This document shows positions 10,227 through 22,261 of a stretch of 64,000 bases of DNA, in pieces. The position numbers were made by a program, and so were the translations under genes. Within the stretch, counting starts at the first letter, position 1, and each line of letters begins with the position of its first letter. Location: NCBI GenBank assembly GCA_963662315.1, contig OY759353.1:1376001-1440000 (forward strand). The letters are read 5' to 3'. The stretch comes from Geopsychrobacteraceae bacterium (lineage in GTDB: Bacteria > Desulfobacterota > Desulfuromonadia > Desulfuromonadales > Geopsychrobacteraceae). The notes below the pieces were generated by a model, which did not search any database, was not told the DNA's origin, and worked only from the letters and a program-made list of their open reading frames with translations.

Positions 10227-10421
10227 TTACAGCTTATGCACTTTGATAGCAAAATCAGGGCAACGCAGTTCACACTGATTACACGCAATACATGCATCAG
10301 GATTAGCGACCTTGACAACAAATGCATCCATCTCAAGAACCTTTGTAGGGCAGAATTCAACACAAATGCTGCACCCCTTACAGTATCTTTCGATGATCTC
10401 AATTTCCGCTTTCGCGCTCAT
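10227..10421 (-). CDS. korD: 2-oxoglutarate:ferredoxin oxidoreductase delta (2x4Fe-4S) subunit
   Basis: Two CxxCxxCxxxCP motifs. Real start is MSAKAEI at 10421 after AGGAG. Confidence 0.9.
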   Translation of the reverse strand: MSAKAEIEIIERYCKGCSICVEFCPTKVLEMDAFVVKVANPDACIACNQCELRCPDFAIKVHKL

Positions 10422-10659
10422 CGATGTCTTTCTCCTTTTTTCGGTATTTAAATGATTCTCGGCTCTGACATACTCAAAACGGCGAAATCCTACCACATGG
10501 GGCGAATATACGCCAAACCATTTTTCGCACAAAGCGTGAAACCTTATGAAAAAAATAGTTACCGCAAAGATCCAAACATGTGGATTATTGAATATGTTTA
10601 TTTTTTTAATAAGGGCAGAGTCTCTCTGCCCTTATTCTCGTTATCTACAGATAAGAAGA

Positions 10660-11643
<984 letters not shown>

Positions 11644-11683
11644 TTATGGCTCGACGCCCAAATAGGCGCCGAGCCACTCTTCG

Positions 11684-13903
11684 TTACATTGCGTCAATGA
11701 TTGCGTTAAATGTTGCACTCGGACGCATGGCCTTGCTTGTTTTTTCAGGATCTGGACGGAAGTATCCGCCGATATCCGCAGGACTTCCTTGAGCAGCCAG
11801 CAACTCAGCATCAATCTTCGCTGCGTTGTCAGCCAAAGCTTTGGCTACTGGCGCAAACCGAGCTTTCAACTCAGCATCTTCATTTTGGGCAGCCAGCGCT
11901 TCAGCCCAGTAAAGAGCCAGATAGAAACTGCCACCACGGTTATCAATTTCATTGACCTTACGTGACGGAAGCTTCTGATTCTCCAGATATTGTCCGATAC
12001 CGGCATCCAGAGTCTTGGCAAGAACCGCAGCCTTGGGATTATTATCGTTGGTTGCGATCATTTCCAGCGAAGGGACAAGCGCACAATATTCCCCCAGGGA
12101 ATCCCAGCGGATATGACCTTCTTTTAGAAACTGTTGAACGTGCTTCGGCGCAGAGCCACCAGCCCCTGTTTCAAACAGGCCGCCACCTGCCAACAGAGGA
12201 ACAATAGACAACATCCGGGCGCTGGTTCCCAGCTCCAGAATCGGGAACAGGTCGGTGAGGTAATCACGCAAAACGTTACCAGTTGCCGAGATGGTATTCA
12301 GCCCCTTACGAATACGCTCAAGAGAAAACCTCATAGCCTCAACAGGAGGAAGAATTTTAATCTCACACCCTGCAGGATCAAATTCAGGCAGATAGGCGTT
12401 CACCTTTTTAATTATTTCTGCATCATGTCCACGGTTTTCATCAAGCCAGAAAACAACCGGCTCACCCGATGCCTTGGATCTGTTAACGGCAAGCTTGACC
12501 CAATCCTTGATAGAAACATCTTTAGTCTGACAGGCACGGAAAATATCGCCCTCTTCAACCGTTTGCTCCAGAAGAGTTTCCCCTGTTGATGACACAACGC
12601 GAATAACACCGGCAGCAGGAGCAATAAAGGTCTTATCATGAGACCCGTATTCTTCAGCTTTTTTAGCCATCAGCCCAACATTGGAAACACTACCCATGGT
12701 CGCCGGATCAAACTGTCCGTTGCGTTTGGCATCTTCAATAATTTCACCATACATCGTTGCATAGCAACGATCAGGAACCATGGCGATCGTATCCTGCAGT
12801 TCATCCTGCAGATTCCACATCTTGCCACCATCACGCACAACATTTGGCATAGAGGCATCAACAATAACATCATTTGGTACGTGAAGATTGGTAATGTTGT
12901 TACGCGAGTCGACCATCGCCAGAGCAGCCTGCGTTGCGTAACAGGCATTGATGTCAGCTTCGATTTCGGCTTTTTTCTCAGCAGGAAGCTTGTCGAGCTT
13001 GCCAAGAATATCCCCAAGACCAAGATTTGGATTAGCACCAATCTCAACCAGAACAGCAGCATGTTTTTCAAGGGCAGCCTTAAAATAGACAGAAACAGCA
13101 TGGCCAAACATGACCGGATCAGAAACCTTCATCATGGTTGCTTTCAAATGCAACGACAGCAACGCATTTTTAGCTTTTGCCTCAGCAGCAGTCTCAGCAT
13201 AGAACTTGCGCAAAGCAGCAACATTCATCACGGAACTATCAAGAACTTCCCCAGCCAACAAGGGCAGGGATTCTTTAAGCACCTCAGTGCCCTGAGCACC
13301 AACAAATTCAATTTTAACAGTATCTGCAGCGGTCATAGTAACCGACTTCTCGGTACCATAAAAATCACCTTCACTCATATGGGCGACACGACAATTTGAC
13401 TGGGCAGGCCAGGCTTTCATCATGCGATGGGGATTTTTCTGAGCAAATGCTTTAACAGACCCTGCGGCACGACGGTCAGAGTTACCTTCACGCAACACCG
13501 GATTAACAGCTGAACCAAGAACCTTGGCAAAACGCGCCTGAAGAGCCTTTTCTTCGGCAGTTTTAGCTTCTTCTGGGTAACTGGGAATATCATATCCTTT
13601 CTGCTGGAGCTCTTTAATGGCAGCTTGCAGCTGAGGGATAGAAGCACTGATATTAGGCAGTTTGATAACGTTAGCTTCTGGAGACTTAACCAGATCACCA
13701 AGTTCCGCCAGAAAATCAGGAATCCTTTGCTCGTCACTCAAGTTCTCAGGAAAGTTAGCAATAATTCTTCCGGACAACGAAATATCCTTGGTCTCAACTT
13801 CAATATCAGACCCCTTAGTAAAAGCCTGAACAACAGGAAGGAATGCATATGTTGCAAGCGCTGGGGCCTCGTCAATTTCTGTCCAGATAATCTTTGATGA
13901 CAT
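11684..13903 (-). CDS. icd: Monomeric NADP-dependent isocitrate dehydrogenase
   Basis: 739 aa; [24 protein letters not shown] and [11 protein letters not shown] motifs. Confidence 0.96.
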   Translation of the reverse strand: MSSKIIWTEIDEAPALATYAFLPVVQAFTKGSDIEVETKDISLSGRIIANFPENLSDEQRIPDFLAELGDLVKSPEANVIKLPNISASIPQLQAAIKELQQKGYDIPSYPEEAKTAEEKALQARFAKVLGSAVNPVLREGNSDRRAAGSVKAFAQKNPHRMMKAWPAQSNCRVAHMSEGDFYGTEKSVTMTAADTVKIEFVGAQGTEVLKESLPLLAGEVLDSSVMNVAALRKFYAETAAEAKAKNALLSLHLKATMMKVSDPVMFGHAVSVYFKAALEKHAAVLVEIGANPNLGLGDILGKLDKLPAEKKAEIEADINACYATQAALAMVDSRNNITNLHVPNDVIVDASMPNVVRDGGKMWNLQDELQDTIAMVPDRCYATMYGEIIEDAKRNGQFDPATMGSVSNVGLMAKKAEEYGSHDKTFIAPAAGVIRVVSSTGETLLEQTVEEGDIFRACQTKDVSIKDWVKLAVNRSKASGEPVVFWLDENRGHDAEIIKKVNAYLPEFDPAGCEIKILPPVEAMRFSLERIRKGLNTISATGNVLRDYLTDLFPILELGTSARMLSIVPLLAGGGLFETGAGGSAPKHVQQFLKEGHIRWDSLGEYCALVPSLEMIATNDNNPKAAVLAKTLDAGIGQYLENQKLPSRKVNEIDNRGGSFYLALYWAEALAAQNEDAELKARFAPVAKALADNAAKIDAELLAAQGSPADIGGYFRPDPEKTSKAMRPSATFNAIIDAM

Positions 13904-14053
13904 CTTTTTTCTTCTCCTTAGTGTTTACTTTCTTCAATTACAGCGACCTAATTAATCTCTCCGAACACAAAAAACTTCCTAACCACTCATTGCCTCGACT
14001 GTTCCGCCCATTTTCAAACATCGTTACAGTCCCAGCGATAGAACAATATATCA

Positions 14054-14088
14054 CTGTATACAGTATACAAACCAGGCATTAGTGTCAA
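14054..14088 (-). promoter_or_regulatory. Sigma70-type promoter of icd-mdh overlapped by palindromic operator CTGTATACAGTATACAA
   Basis: - strand reads ttgaca ctaatgcctggtttg tatactgtatacag; same palindrome as at acnB. Confidence 0.7.
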
Positions 14089-14262
14089 GAAACATTCAAA
14101 TTTAAAACTGTTAAATTTACATCAAATTTAAAACAAACTAAGGTATTGTTATTAATAAAAAAATATACATAACAAAAAAAGGAATGGATAGAGATTACCA
14201 GAAACCTGCCCTCTTCTCCTCTGGCATCTTTTAAAAAATGAAACAGCAAGCTTGCCTGAAAA

Positions 14263-15027
14263 TCAGAATAGATTTAAAGCTTGGGCTTCCTGTCTTGCAG
14301 CATCAACTTCTGCAGTCGTTTTATCACGCGGGATAACAAGGTTCTGACCAACAAATATTTCGCGCGGATCTTTAATCTGATCCCGATTAGCCTTATAAAT
14401 CAAAGGCCACAGATCGGCATCGTCATAAACTTCCGGTCGCGCAGAAATATCAGCGAGGCTCTCTCCTGCCTGAACCTGGATTTTTGCCACCAATGGCTGT
14501 GGCTTCGGCACTAAGGGCTCTTCTTTTGAGGGGACAGAGACCTTGGCCTGACGTTCTTGCTTCTTTTTTAGCAATTCTTTACGCCGCCCAGCCTCCTGCT
14601 GCTGTCTCAACCTGAGTTCCTGAGCCTGACGTTGCTGTTCTTCAAGTTCGCGTTTTTTCCGTATTTCAAGTTCCAGTTGCTCCAAGCGCTTTTGCTTGGT
14701 AACCAGAGCTTGCTCTTCAGCTAACTGCCGTTTGATTTCAATCGTAAGACTCAGCGCCTCAGCGGAATAACGCTGAGCAAGCTCCAAGGTCCGCTGGGCC
14801 ACGCGATAATCCTTATCTTTTATCTGCTGCTCAGCAGCCTGCAACGCGCTACTTGAGAGCTGATACTCCCCCGGTGCAAACTCAGCAGCACCTGATGCAT
14901 AAGCATGAGCAACAATATTTCTCACCTCTTCCAATCGCGTGCTTGGTGGCTGGGCACAGCCACCAAGCAGGATTAGAGTGACACAAATAACCGGAATCAG
15001 ACGTATAAGCATCTGACCGCTGTTCAT
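14263..15027 (-). CDS. Lipoprotein with DUF4398-like N-terminus, coiled coil and C-terminal LysM domain
   Basis: Lipobox LLGGC; C-terminal GESLADIS...WPLIYKANRDQIKDP..I..GQNLVIP. Confidence 0.8.
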   Translation of the reverse strand: MNSGQMLIRLIPVICVTLILLGGCAQPPSTRLEEVRNIVAHAYASGAAEFAPGEYQLSSSALQAAEQQIKDKDYRVAQRTLELAQRYSAEALSLTIEIKRQLAEEQALVTKQKRLEQLELEIRKKRELEEQQRQAQELRLRQQQEAGRRKELLKKKQERQAKVSVPSKEEPLVPKPQPLVAKIQVQAGESLADISARPEVYDDADLWPLIYKANRDQIKDPREIFVGQNLVIPRDKTTAEVDAARQEAQALNLF

Positions 15028-15055
15028 CTAAAGAAAACCGCTTATAAACAGAATT

Positions 15056-16843
15056 TTAATTCTGTTTGCTACGCAGGCGAATCCCAAGCTCACGCAACTG
15101 CTTCTCAGCAACTTCATTCGGAGCATCAGAAAGCAGACAGGTCGCCTTCTGAGTTTTCGGGAATGCAATAACGTCACGAATTGAATCAGCCCCAGTCAGA
15201 ATCATCATCAAACGATCAAGACCAAAAGCAATCCCGCCGTGCGGTGGTGCACCAAAACTCAAAGCATCCAGCAGGAAGCCAAACTTCTCCCTGGCCTCGT
15301 CATTCCCGATCCCAAGCAATTCAAACATTCTCGACTGTACTGTCTGATCATGAATACGGATACTACCACCACCGACCTCAGATCCATTAAGCACCAGATC
15401 ATAAGCCTGAGCTCGAGCCTTGCCCGGATCACTATCGAGCAACGGAATGTCTTCCTCCATCGGCGAGGTAAACGGATGATGAACTGCAACGTGACGATTT
15501 TCCTCTTCATCCCACTCAAGCAGTGGGAAATCGGTAACCCAGACGAACTTAAAGATATTTTTATCTGCCAAACCGAGTTTTTGCCCAAGATGACCACGCA
15601 ACCGACCCAAGGCTTCATTGGCCACTTTCGGGGTGTCTGCCATAAAGAGCAGCAGGTCACCAACCTGAGCATCAAGTTTGGTATTTAAAGCATCAAGTTC
15701 AGCCTCGGTAAAGAACTTGGCGATGGGAGACTGCCAACCCTCTTCAGTAACTTTTACCCACGCAAGACCTTTTGCCCCGTAGATTTTGACAAACTCAGTC
15801 AGATCATCAAGCTCTTTGCGGGAAAAAGTTGCACACCCTTTTGCGTTCAGAGCCTTCACCAATCCACCATTCGCTGCAACATCTGCGAACACTTTAAACT
15901 GAGAGCCTGCAACCAGATCTGTGATATTGACAAGTTCAAGATCAAAGCGCAGATCAGGGTTATCAACCCCGAAACGTTCCATCGCTTCCTGATAAGTCAA
16001 GCGCGGCATCGGCAATGAAACATCAACACCGATTGCGGCCTTAAACACTTTGGCGACCATACCTTCCATAACACTGATGACGTCATCGCGGCTGACGAAA
16101 CTCAACTCGCAGTCAATCTGCGTAAATTCTGGCTGACGATCAGCGCGCAGGTCTTCGTCGCGGAAACACTTGACAATCTGAAAATAGCGATCAAAACCGG
16201 CCACCATAAGCAACTGCTTAAACAATTGCGGTGACTGAGGCAAAGCATAAAACTTACCGACATTAACACGACTCGGCACCAAATAATCACGAGCACCTTC
16301 TGGAGTGCTTTTAGTCAGAACTGGCGTCTCTACCTCTATAAAACCTTCGTTATCCAGATAATTACGCACGGTTTTTGCGACAAGATGGCGCATCATCAGG
16401 TTATTTTGCAGAGCAGACCGACGCAGGTCCAGGAAACGATATTTCAGCCGAATGTTTTCAGCGACCTCGGTGTACTCATCAAGCATAAATGGCGGAGTCT
16501 CTGAGCTATTGAGAATAAGCAGTTCATTGATCTCAATTTCAACTTCACCGGTTTTCATCTTGGGGTTGATTGTCCCTTCAGGACGAGCGGAAACCTTACC
16601 CCGTGCGGCAATAACAAATTCATTCCGAATCTGCTCTGCCTTTTTATGCGATTCTGCATCACGATCCGGATCCAGGGCCAGTTGAACAATACCCTCACGA
16701 TCGCGTAAATCAATAAAAATCAAACCTCCATGGTCCCGGCGTCTTTGTACCCACCCCATGACGCAAACATCCTGGCCGATAAGTTCAGCCGTCAGTTCTC
16801 CACAGCGATGAGTCCGTTTCCAATCACCAAGTTTGTCGTTCAA
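15056..16843 (-). CDS. aspS: Aspartyl-tRNA synthetase
   Basis: [20 protein letters not shown] and [12 protein letters not shown] motifs. TTG start at 16843 after GGAGG. Confidence 0.97.
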   Translation of the reverse strand: MNDKLGDWKRTHRCGELTAELIGQDVCVMGWVQRRRDHGGLIFIDLRDREGIVQLALDPDRDAESHKKAEQIRNEFVIAARGKVSARPEGTINPKMKTGEVEIEINELLILNSSETPPFMLDEYTEVAENIRLKYRFLDLRRSALQNNLMMRHLVAKTVRNYLDNEGFIEVETPVLTKSTPEGARDYLVPSRVNVGKFYALPQSPQLFKQLLMVAGFDRYFQIVKCFRDEDLRADRQPEFTQIDCELSFVSRDDVISVMEGMVAKVFKAAIGVDVSLPMPRLTYQEAMERFGVDNPDLRFDLELVNITDLVAGSQFKVFADVAANGGLVKALNAKGCATFSRKELDDLTEFVKIYGAKGLAWVKVTEEGWQSPIAKFFTEAELDALNTKLDAQVGDLLLFMADTPKVANEALGRLRGHLGQKLGLADKNIFKFVWVTDFPLLEWDEEENRHVAVHHPFTSPMEEDIPLLDSDPGKARAQAYDLVLNGSEVGGGSIRIHDQTVQSRMFELLGIGNDEAREKFGFLLDALSFGAPPHGGIAFGLDRLMMILTGADSIRDVIAFPKTQKATCLLSDAPNEVAEKQLRELGIRLRSKQN

Positions 16844-16933
16844 GACGATCCTCCGACTCTTATTCTTGTGCCTTTCGGCAACATTGAAAGTATATGGCTC
16901 TCCTAAAGGGAGCAGCAACAATGAAAAAGGTAA

Positions 16934-18187
16934 CTAGCTATTATTCGTGGTTAACAGGTCGACAAGAGCGGTTAATGAGACTTCACTCTCAGCACCGTCG
17001 GCCATCCTTTTCAATTTAGCATGTCCTGAGCGAATTTCCTCATCCCCCAGAACAATTGTATTTTCAGCCTGCAACTTATTCGCGCGCCGCATCTGCGACT
17101 TCAGACTCTTCCCCTGATAGTCCATTTCAGCATAGACACCTGCGGCCTGCAATTGAGACATCAGTGTAAAAGCTGTATCTGCTGCAGTGTCACCCAGTGC
17201 TGCTATAAACAACTTAGGCACCCTCAAACCGATCCCCTTGGCGCCCTTCAGCAACACTAACCTTTCCATGCCAATAGCAAACCCGATACCGGGCAGAGCA
17301 GGCCCCCCCAAACTCTCAACCAGGCCATCATAACGTCCACCAGCAGCAACAGCACTTTGCGATCCCAATTGATCAGTAACTAATTCAAAAGTAGTGCGCA
17401 CATAATAATCAAGACCACGCACCATTCTGGCATTCACCTCATAGGGAATGGCCAGATTATCAAGGTATTTTTTTACCTGCCCGAAATGATTATGACAATG
17501 ACCACAAAGATGATCCAAAACACTCGGCGCATCGTGGGTTGATTCTTTACAGCCGGGAATTTTGCAGTCGAGAACCCGCAGTGGATTTGTGGCGTAACGG
17601 CGCTGGCAATCGTCACATAAATCGGACAGCCGACTTTCCAGAAAAGCGATCAGCTTAGCACGGTATTGCGGTCGACATTCAGGACAACCAAGAGAATTGA
17701 TCTGCAAAGTTACAGCATTAATCTCTATGGTAGAAAAATATTGATGCAACATAGCCAGAACCTGAGCATCAATTTTCGGATCTTCAACCCCAAGCACCTC
17801 GGCACCCAACTGATGGAACTGCCGATAGCGTCCCTTCTGGGGGCGCTCATAGCGAAACATTGGCCCCAAGTAATAAAGTTTGGTCACCGGGTCCAGAGTA
17901 TGGAGCCGGTTCTGAATAAAAGCACGCATAACCGGTGCCGTCCCCTCAGGCCGCAAAGTCAGAGAATTGTCACTCTTATCATTAAAAGTATACATCTCCT
18001 TTTCAACAATATCGGTCGTCTCCCCGATGGAGCGGCAAAACAACTCCGTTTTTTCAGGAACAGGGGTCCTGATTTCTGAAAAACCGTAAGTCCCGAAAAC
18101 TTCACGCGCTGACTGCTCAAGAAACTGCCAGATTTCGACGTCTCCCGGCAAGATATCATTCATTCCTTTAATCGCGGCGATACTCAA
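16934..18187 (-). CDS. hisS: Histidyl-tRNA synthetase
   Basis: LRPEGTA, FRYERPQKGRYRQF, RGLDYY and GGRYDGL motifs. TTG start at 18187 after GAGGA. Confidence 0.97.
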   Translation of the reverse strand: MSIAAIKGMNDILPGDVEIWQFLEQSAREVFGTYGFSEIRTPVPEKTELFCRSIGETTDIVEKEMYTFNDKSDNSLTLRPEGTAPVMRAFIQNRLHTLDPVTKLYYLGPMFRYERPQKGRYRQFHQLGAEVLGVEDPKIDAQVLAMLHQYFSTIEINAVTLQINSLGCPECRPQYRAKLIAFLESRLSDLCDDCQRRYATNPLRVLDCKIPGCKESTHDAPSVLDHLCGHCHNHFGQVKKYLDNLAIPYEVNARMVRGLDYYVRTTFELVTDQLGSQSAVAAGGRYDGLVESLGGPALPGIGFAIGMERLVLLKGAKGIGLRVPKLFIAALGDTAADTAFTLMSQLQAAGVYAEMDYQGKSLKSQMRRANKLQAENTIVLGDEEIRSGHAKLKRMADGAESEVSLTALVDLLTTNNS

Positions 18188-18403
18188 TTTTTTATCCTCT
18201 TTCATACAAAAATCAAAAACCGGTAATAACGCAGGCTGGTCACTTATAAAATAAATAAGTTCAACAATCAGACCGGAGATAACGCAAGCCTTGAAACATA
18301 CCTTATTTTGCCCTTCTCGCAAAGGCTGACTTGCAAATATTGTGTATTTTTTTGAGGAATCTGTCCAGAGGAAGACGTGATGCGACAAAGAAATGAGTTT
18401 ACC

Positions 18404-19780
18404 TTAACGAGGAGAAATTTCAGAGGAACCGCAGGTAATATTACGAATCCCCTTACCAGAGTACATGGCCTTATCAGCGAGGTGCAACAACTGCTCCTGA
18501 TCTTTGGCATCCACAGGATAGGTAGAAAAACCGGTTGTTACCGTCATATAACTCGGGAAACCTTGTTCATCAAGAAACGTATGTCCTTCGATTTTCTTGC
18601 GAATCCGCTCTGCAACACAGCGCGCGCCTTCGGCATCCGATTCGACCAGCAGTACTGCGAATTCATCCCCCCCATAGCGAAACAGGGTATCAACGGTTCG
18701 AACACATTCCCGTAGCAACTCGCCAACCTCCGTCAAGGCCGCACTACCAGCGAGATGTCCGTGGGTATCATTGATATTCTTAAAATGATCAAGATCAAGA
18801 AATAACAAGGAAAACATCAGGCCATAACGCTGTGCACGTTTAATTTCATGACTGAGGGCCACCTTCATGTAACGATGATTATACAAACCGGTCAGATCAT
18901 CGGTATACATCAATTGTTGAACACTCTGGTACCGGCAGGCGTTATACACGCCCAACAAAATCTGATCACACAAATAGCGCAGATCAGGACAATCGAATTG
19001 AGCCGAAACGCTTTCAGACACGCCACCGAGCAGAACCGTAACAATCGTGCCACTTTCGTCAGAACCACCCAGCGCCCAATAAATCTCATCCTGAAGTGCT
19101 AACCGGATTAAACGACCGGTTTTGGGGGGCACAATGCCTTGAGCACCATACAATTCGGTTATCTGCGATTTCAAACCGCCAACAACCTGGTTTGCCCTCT
19201 CCTCTGCAATACCATCACTGGCCAGCACGACCGGAAAACCATCGCTTGCCAGAATGAAAGCCATTCCTGAAGCCGCAGAAGTTTCACGCAAAAGCAGAGT
19301 CATTGCTTGTGGTAAAAGTTTGTCAAAATCAAGAAGAGCCGCTAACTCCTGGGCATTCATAAACAGCTGCACCCGTTTGCGCAATTCATCATTTTCAGCG
19401 AGCAACTTCCTCTGCTCCAGGCAATTACGCACGATATGCTGCAATTCTGCAGGATCAAACGGCTTTACCAGATAATCCCGGGCCCCACTTTTCAGGGCAT
19501 CGATCGCAGATTCAAGGCTGGCATGCCCAGTAACCAGAATGACGTCAGCTGGATTTTTCCCACTCCGGACAGCTCTTAAAATATCAAGGCCGTCCTTATC
19601 CGGCATAACCATATCGGTCAGGACCAGATCAAATGATTCTTCAGCAAGAAGCCTTATAGCCTCATCCCCACTGCCACAAACTGTCACCTGATACTGATCC
19701 TGCCGCAGCAAATCACTGTATAGATTACGAAAAAACAGTTCGTCGTCGACGACCAGAATATGTGACTGGACTACAACCAT
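18404..19780 (-). CDS. REC-(GAF-like)-GGDEF dinucleotide cyclase with Hypr signature (GacA-like, putative 3',3'-cGAMP synthase)
   Basis: Intact REC (VDD, LTDMVMP, KPF), GGDEF and RxxD I-site (RTVD). NDTHGHLAGS has Ser346 where canonical cyclases have Asp. Confidence 0.85.
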   Translation of the reverse strand: MVVVQSHILVVDDELFFRNLYSDLLRQDQYQVTVCGSGDEAIRLLAEESFDLVLTDMVMPDKDGLDILRAVRSGKNPADVILVTGHASLESAIDALKSGARDYLVKPFDPAELQHIVRNCLEQRKLLAENDELRKRVQLFMNAQELAALLDFDKLLPQAMTLLLRETSAASGMAFILASDGFPVVLASDGIAEERANQVVGGLKSQITELYGAQGIVPPKTGRLIRLALQDEIYWALGGSDESGTIVTVLLGGVSESVSAQFDCPDLRYLCDQILLGVYNACRYQSVQQLMYTDDLTGLYNHRYMKVALSHEIKRAQRYGLMFSLLFLDLDHFKNINDTHGHLAGSAALTEVGELLRECVRTVDTLFRYGGDEFAVLLVESDAEGARCVAERIRKKIEGHTFLDEQGFPSYMTVTTGFSTYPVDAKDQEQLLHLADKAMYSGKGIRNITCGSSEISPR

Positions 19781-19830
19781 AAGCTCCCTATAATTAATAA
19801 CAATTATTTATCAATTATTGGATAAATATG

Positions 19831-22188
19831 TCAACGGAAAAGACCGCTTTCCCAGCGTTCAGACCGCCAGTGTCCCTTCTCAAATCGAACCCGCACTGTT
19901 CCATGCAGATCCGTGCGCAACAGCTGAATTTCCTCCTTCTCAATATACTCTACTAAAGAACGTGCCGGAAGCCGGTACCTATTTTGATAACCGGCGGAAA
20001 CCAGACAGATTTCAGGCACAACGCTCTGAATCAGAGCCTCACTTCCGGAAAATTTACTGCCATGGTGTGGTAGTTTCAAAATTGCGGCATGTCTCTGGCT
20101 GGCAGCCAGTAAAGACTTCACGCCAAAGGCTTCCAGATCGCCCGTTAGCAATACTCCCTGATCATCGCCGACCGGCCAAAAAGCCACAAGAGAAGAATCA
20201 TTTTCAGATAATCCGGCTGAAATGGATGAAAACAACTGAACTGTAGAATCTCCAAAAACAATATGACTCCATCCCGGTGCCGGCATAACCAGAGGTATTT
20301 TCTTTGATAATAGCACTGAAGCCAAAGAAGGCGAAAGCTGTGCAGCAGAATCTGTCGCATAAAAAGCATGAGCAGAAAAATTATTCAGAATAAATGGAAG
20401 GCCCTTGCTGTGATCCGGATGATTATGAGTCAACACAACTGCGCTTAGAGAACGCACACCCAACATCCCCAGCGCAGGAGCGACCAACCGCTCCCCGACA
20501 TCAAAAGTATCACTATATAACCCTCCGCCATCAATCAGGACAGCTTTACCTGTGCCGTCCTGCAGCAATATGGCTTCCCCTTGGCCAACACTGAGCATAG
20601 TGACTGCAGGCCCTGCAGGCTTTAATTCATTCAGACTCCAGACGATACAAGCTATCCCCAGCCAGAGCAAACAACAGCAAACCTGTCTGCGAGTTCGGAC
20701 GTTGATAACATAAAACAGCACCAATACCACCATAACGCTGGCGAGAACCTGACTCCGCGAGGGAAAAACAGAAATCCCGGCCAACAGACTGACACGATCA
20801 ACCTGTTGACAAATCCGAACCAGAACCTCCATCACAATACCACTCATAGTAAAGCATAGGGAGGACAGCGAACCGCTGAGAGGAAAGCTGACCAAGCCGA
20901 GCAAACCAAGGGGCAGAGCGACCAGCGTCACCATAGGAACTGCAATTAAATTAACGAGTACTCCCACTGGTACAAACATATGAAAATCAGCCATCACCAG
21001 TGGTGCCGTTGCCAACGTCGCTGCCAAAGAAACAATAAATAACCGGGCCAGCCAACCAGCAACTCTGGAAGAAGGCAGCATCTTTAGCAGTGGCCCAATG
21101 TAGAGAATCGCCGCTGCACCTGTAAACGACAATTGCCACCCGGCATCCCACAATACCAGCGGATCAAACAACAGAAAGATAGTGGCTGTGCTGGCCAATA
21201 ATTGCAAGGCATTGACATGGTAACGCCTCAGCAATAGCAATGTTCCAACAATAGCCACAAAACAGGCGCGCTGTGTTGCCAGCGCCCCTCCAGTTAAAAC
21301 CAGGAACGCCAACATACCAGGAGCTATCAGGACAGGAATAATACGTTGAGGAGGTTGCCAATCAGCCAGAAGCGGAAATATTTTCCACGCAGCCAGCAAG
21401 CACCCATAAAGATACAGACTAAGTAAACCGACATGCAGACCGGAAATAGCAAACAGATGACTGACTCCTGAGCGCCCGAGGATCTTTCGAATATCAGCAG
21501 GGATAAGTTTTCCTTCACCAAGAACCAATGCACGTACCAATGGAGCCTGAATTCCGGTAAGATGCCGACCAACAAAAAACCCCACCTCTTGTCTGAAAGC
21601 CTCCAGAGCCCGTGCGACAACATGCCCCTCAGCCCCGACAATCTCTATATCATTGGTATTTTTGATCCAGGACGTTAACACTATCCCCTGACTCTGCAGA
21701 TAACGCGGCCAATGAAATTCCCCGGGAGTGCCAAACAGGCGCGGCTTACGCAAACGGTTGCAGACGTGAATAATATCGCCCGGAAGAATTCTCTTATCCT
21801 CTCCGCTCTCTGCGTAAAGACGAATCCCAATCTTATCCAACACCACATGGTTTTCAACATTAAGCAACTGAACATCAATTGAACGGCGTCCGTCCGGCAA
21901 AGAAGCAACGGAATAGACCTCGCTATTCCAGCAGATGTTTTTGGTCAGAGAGCCAAGTCGTTCAATGTCTTCACTATGCTTAAACGACGCAGGATAGCGC
22001 AGATTGGCTAACACGCAGAAAAAGCAAAACACCATAACAGGAAAAGCCGCTGCATAGGCTCTGAGTAGAAACCAGAGAAAAAAGGTGATTGCGATTAAGC
22101 ACCCCGCCGCAACATTTGAAACAACATAGAATGGCGCCACCAGAAGTCCGAGAATGGTTGCGCCAAGAATGAGATTAATTGGCTGCAC
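19831..22188 (-). CDS. comEC: DNA internalization competence protein ComEC/Rec2
   Basis: HLFAISGLHV competence motif, multiple TM helices, MBL domain (VGQGEA, THNHPDH, PHHGS). Confidence 0.92.
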   Translation of the reverse strand: MQPINLILGATILGLLVAPFYVVSNVAAGCLIAITFFLWFLLRAYAAAFPVMVFCFFCVLANLRYPASFKHSEDIERLGSLTKNICWNSEVYSVASLPDGRRSIDVQLLNVENHVVLDKIGIRLYAESGEDKRILPGDIIHVCNRLRKPRLFGTPGEFHWPRYLQSQGIVLTSWIKNTNDIEIVGAEGHVVARALEAFRQEVGFFVGRHLTGIQAPLVRALVLGEGKLIPADIRKILGRSGVSHLFAISGLHVGLLSLYLYGCLLAAWKIFPLLADWQPPQRIIPVLIAPGMLAFLVLTGGALATQRACFVAIVGTLLLLRRYHVNALQLLASTATIFLLFDPLVLWDAGWQLSFTGAAAILYIGPLLKMLPSSRVAGWLARLFIVSLAATLATAPLVMADFHMFVPVGVLVNLIAVPMVTLVALPLGLLGLVSFPLSGSLSSLCFTMSGIVMEVLVRICQQVDRVSLLAGISVFPSRSQVLASVMVVLVLFYVINVRTRRQVCCCLLWLGIACIVWSLNELKPAGPAVTMLSVGQGEAILLQDGTGKAVLIDGGGLYSDTFDVGERLVAPALGMLGVRSLSAVVLTHNHPDHSKGLPFILNNFSAHAFYATDSAAQLSPSLASVLLSKKIPLVMPAPGWSHIVFGDSTVQLFSSISAGLSENDSSLVAFWPVGDDQGVLLTGDLEAFGVKSLLAASQRHAAILKLPHHGSKFSGSEALIQSVVPEICLVSAGYQNRYRLPARSLVEYIEKEEIQLLRTDLHGTVRVRFEKGHWRSERWESGLFR

Positions 22189-22219
22189 AGTCCCCCCCAG
22201 GCCACAAGCAGCAAGAGCA

Positions 22220-22249
22220 AAGGGCCGATCAAACAGAATCGGCCCTTTG
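22220..22249. terminator. Hairpin terminator after fbp
   Basis: aaagggccgat...atcggcccttt inverted repeat. Confidence 0.6.
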
Positions 22250-22261
22250 GGATATGAAATT

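Noticed and set aside
12638..13399. 253-aa ORF on the + strand, and similar ORFs opposite acnB, kor, aspS and the carboxylase
   Set aside because: Antisense shadows of highly conserved genes.
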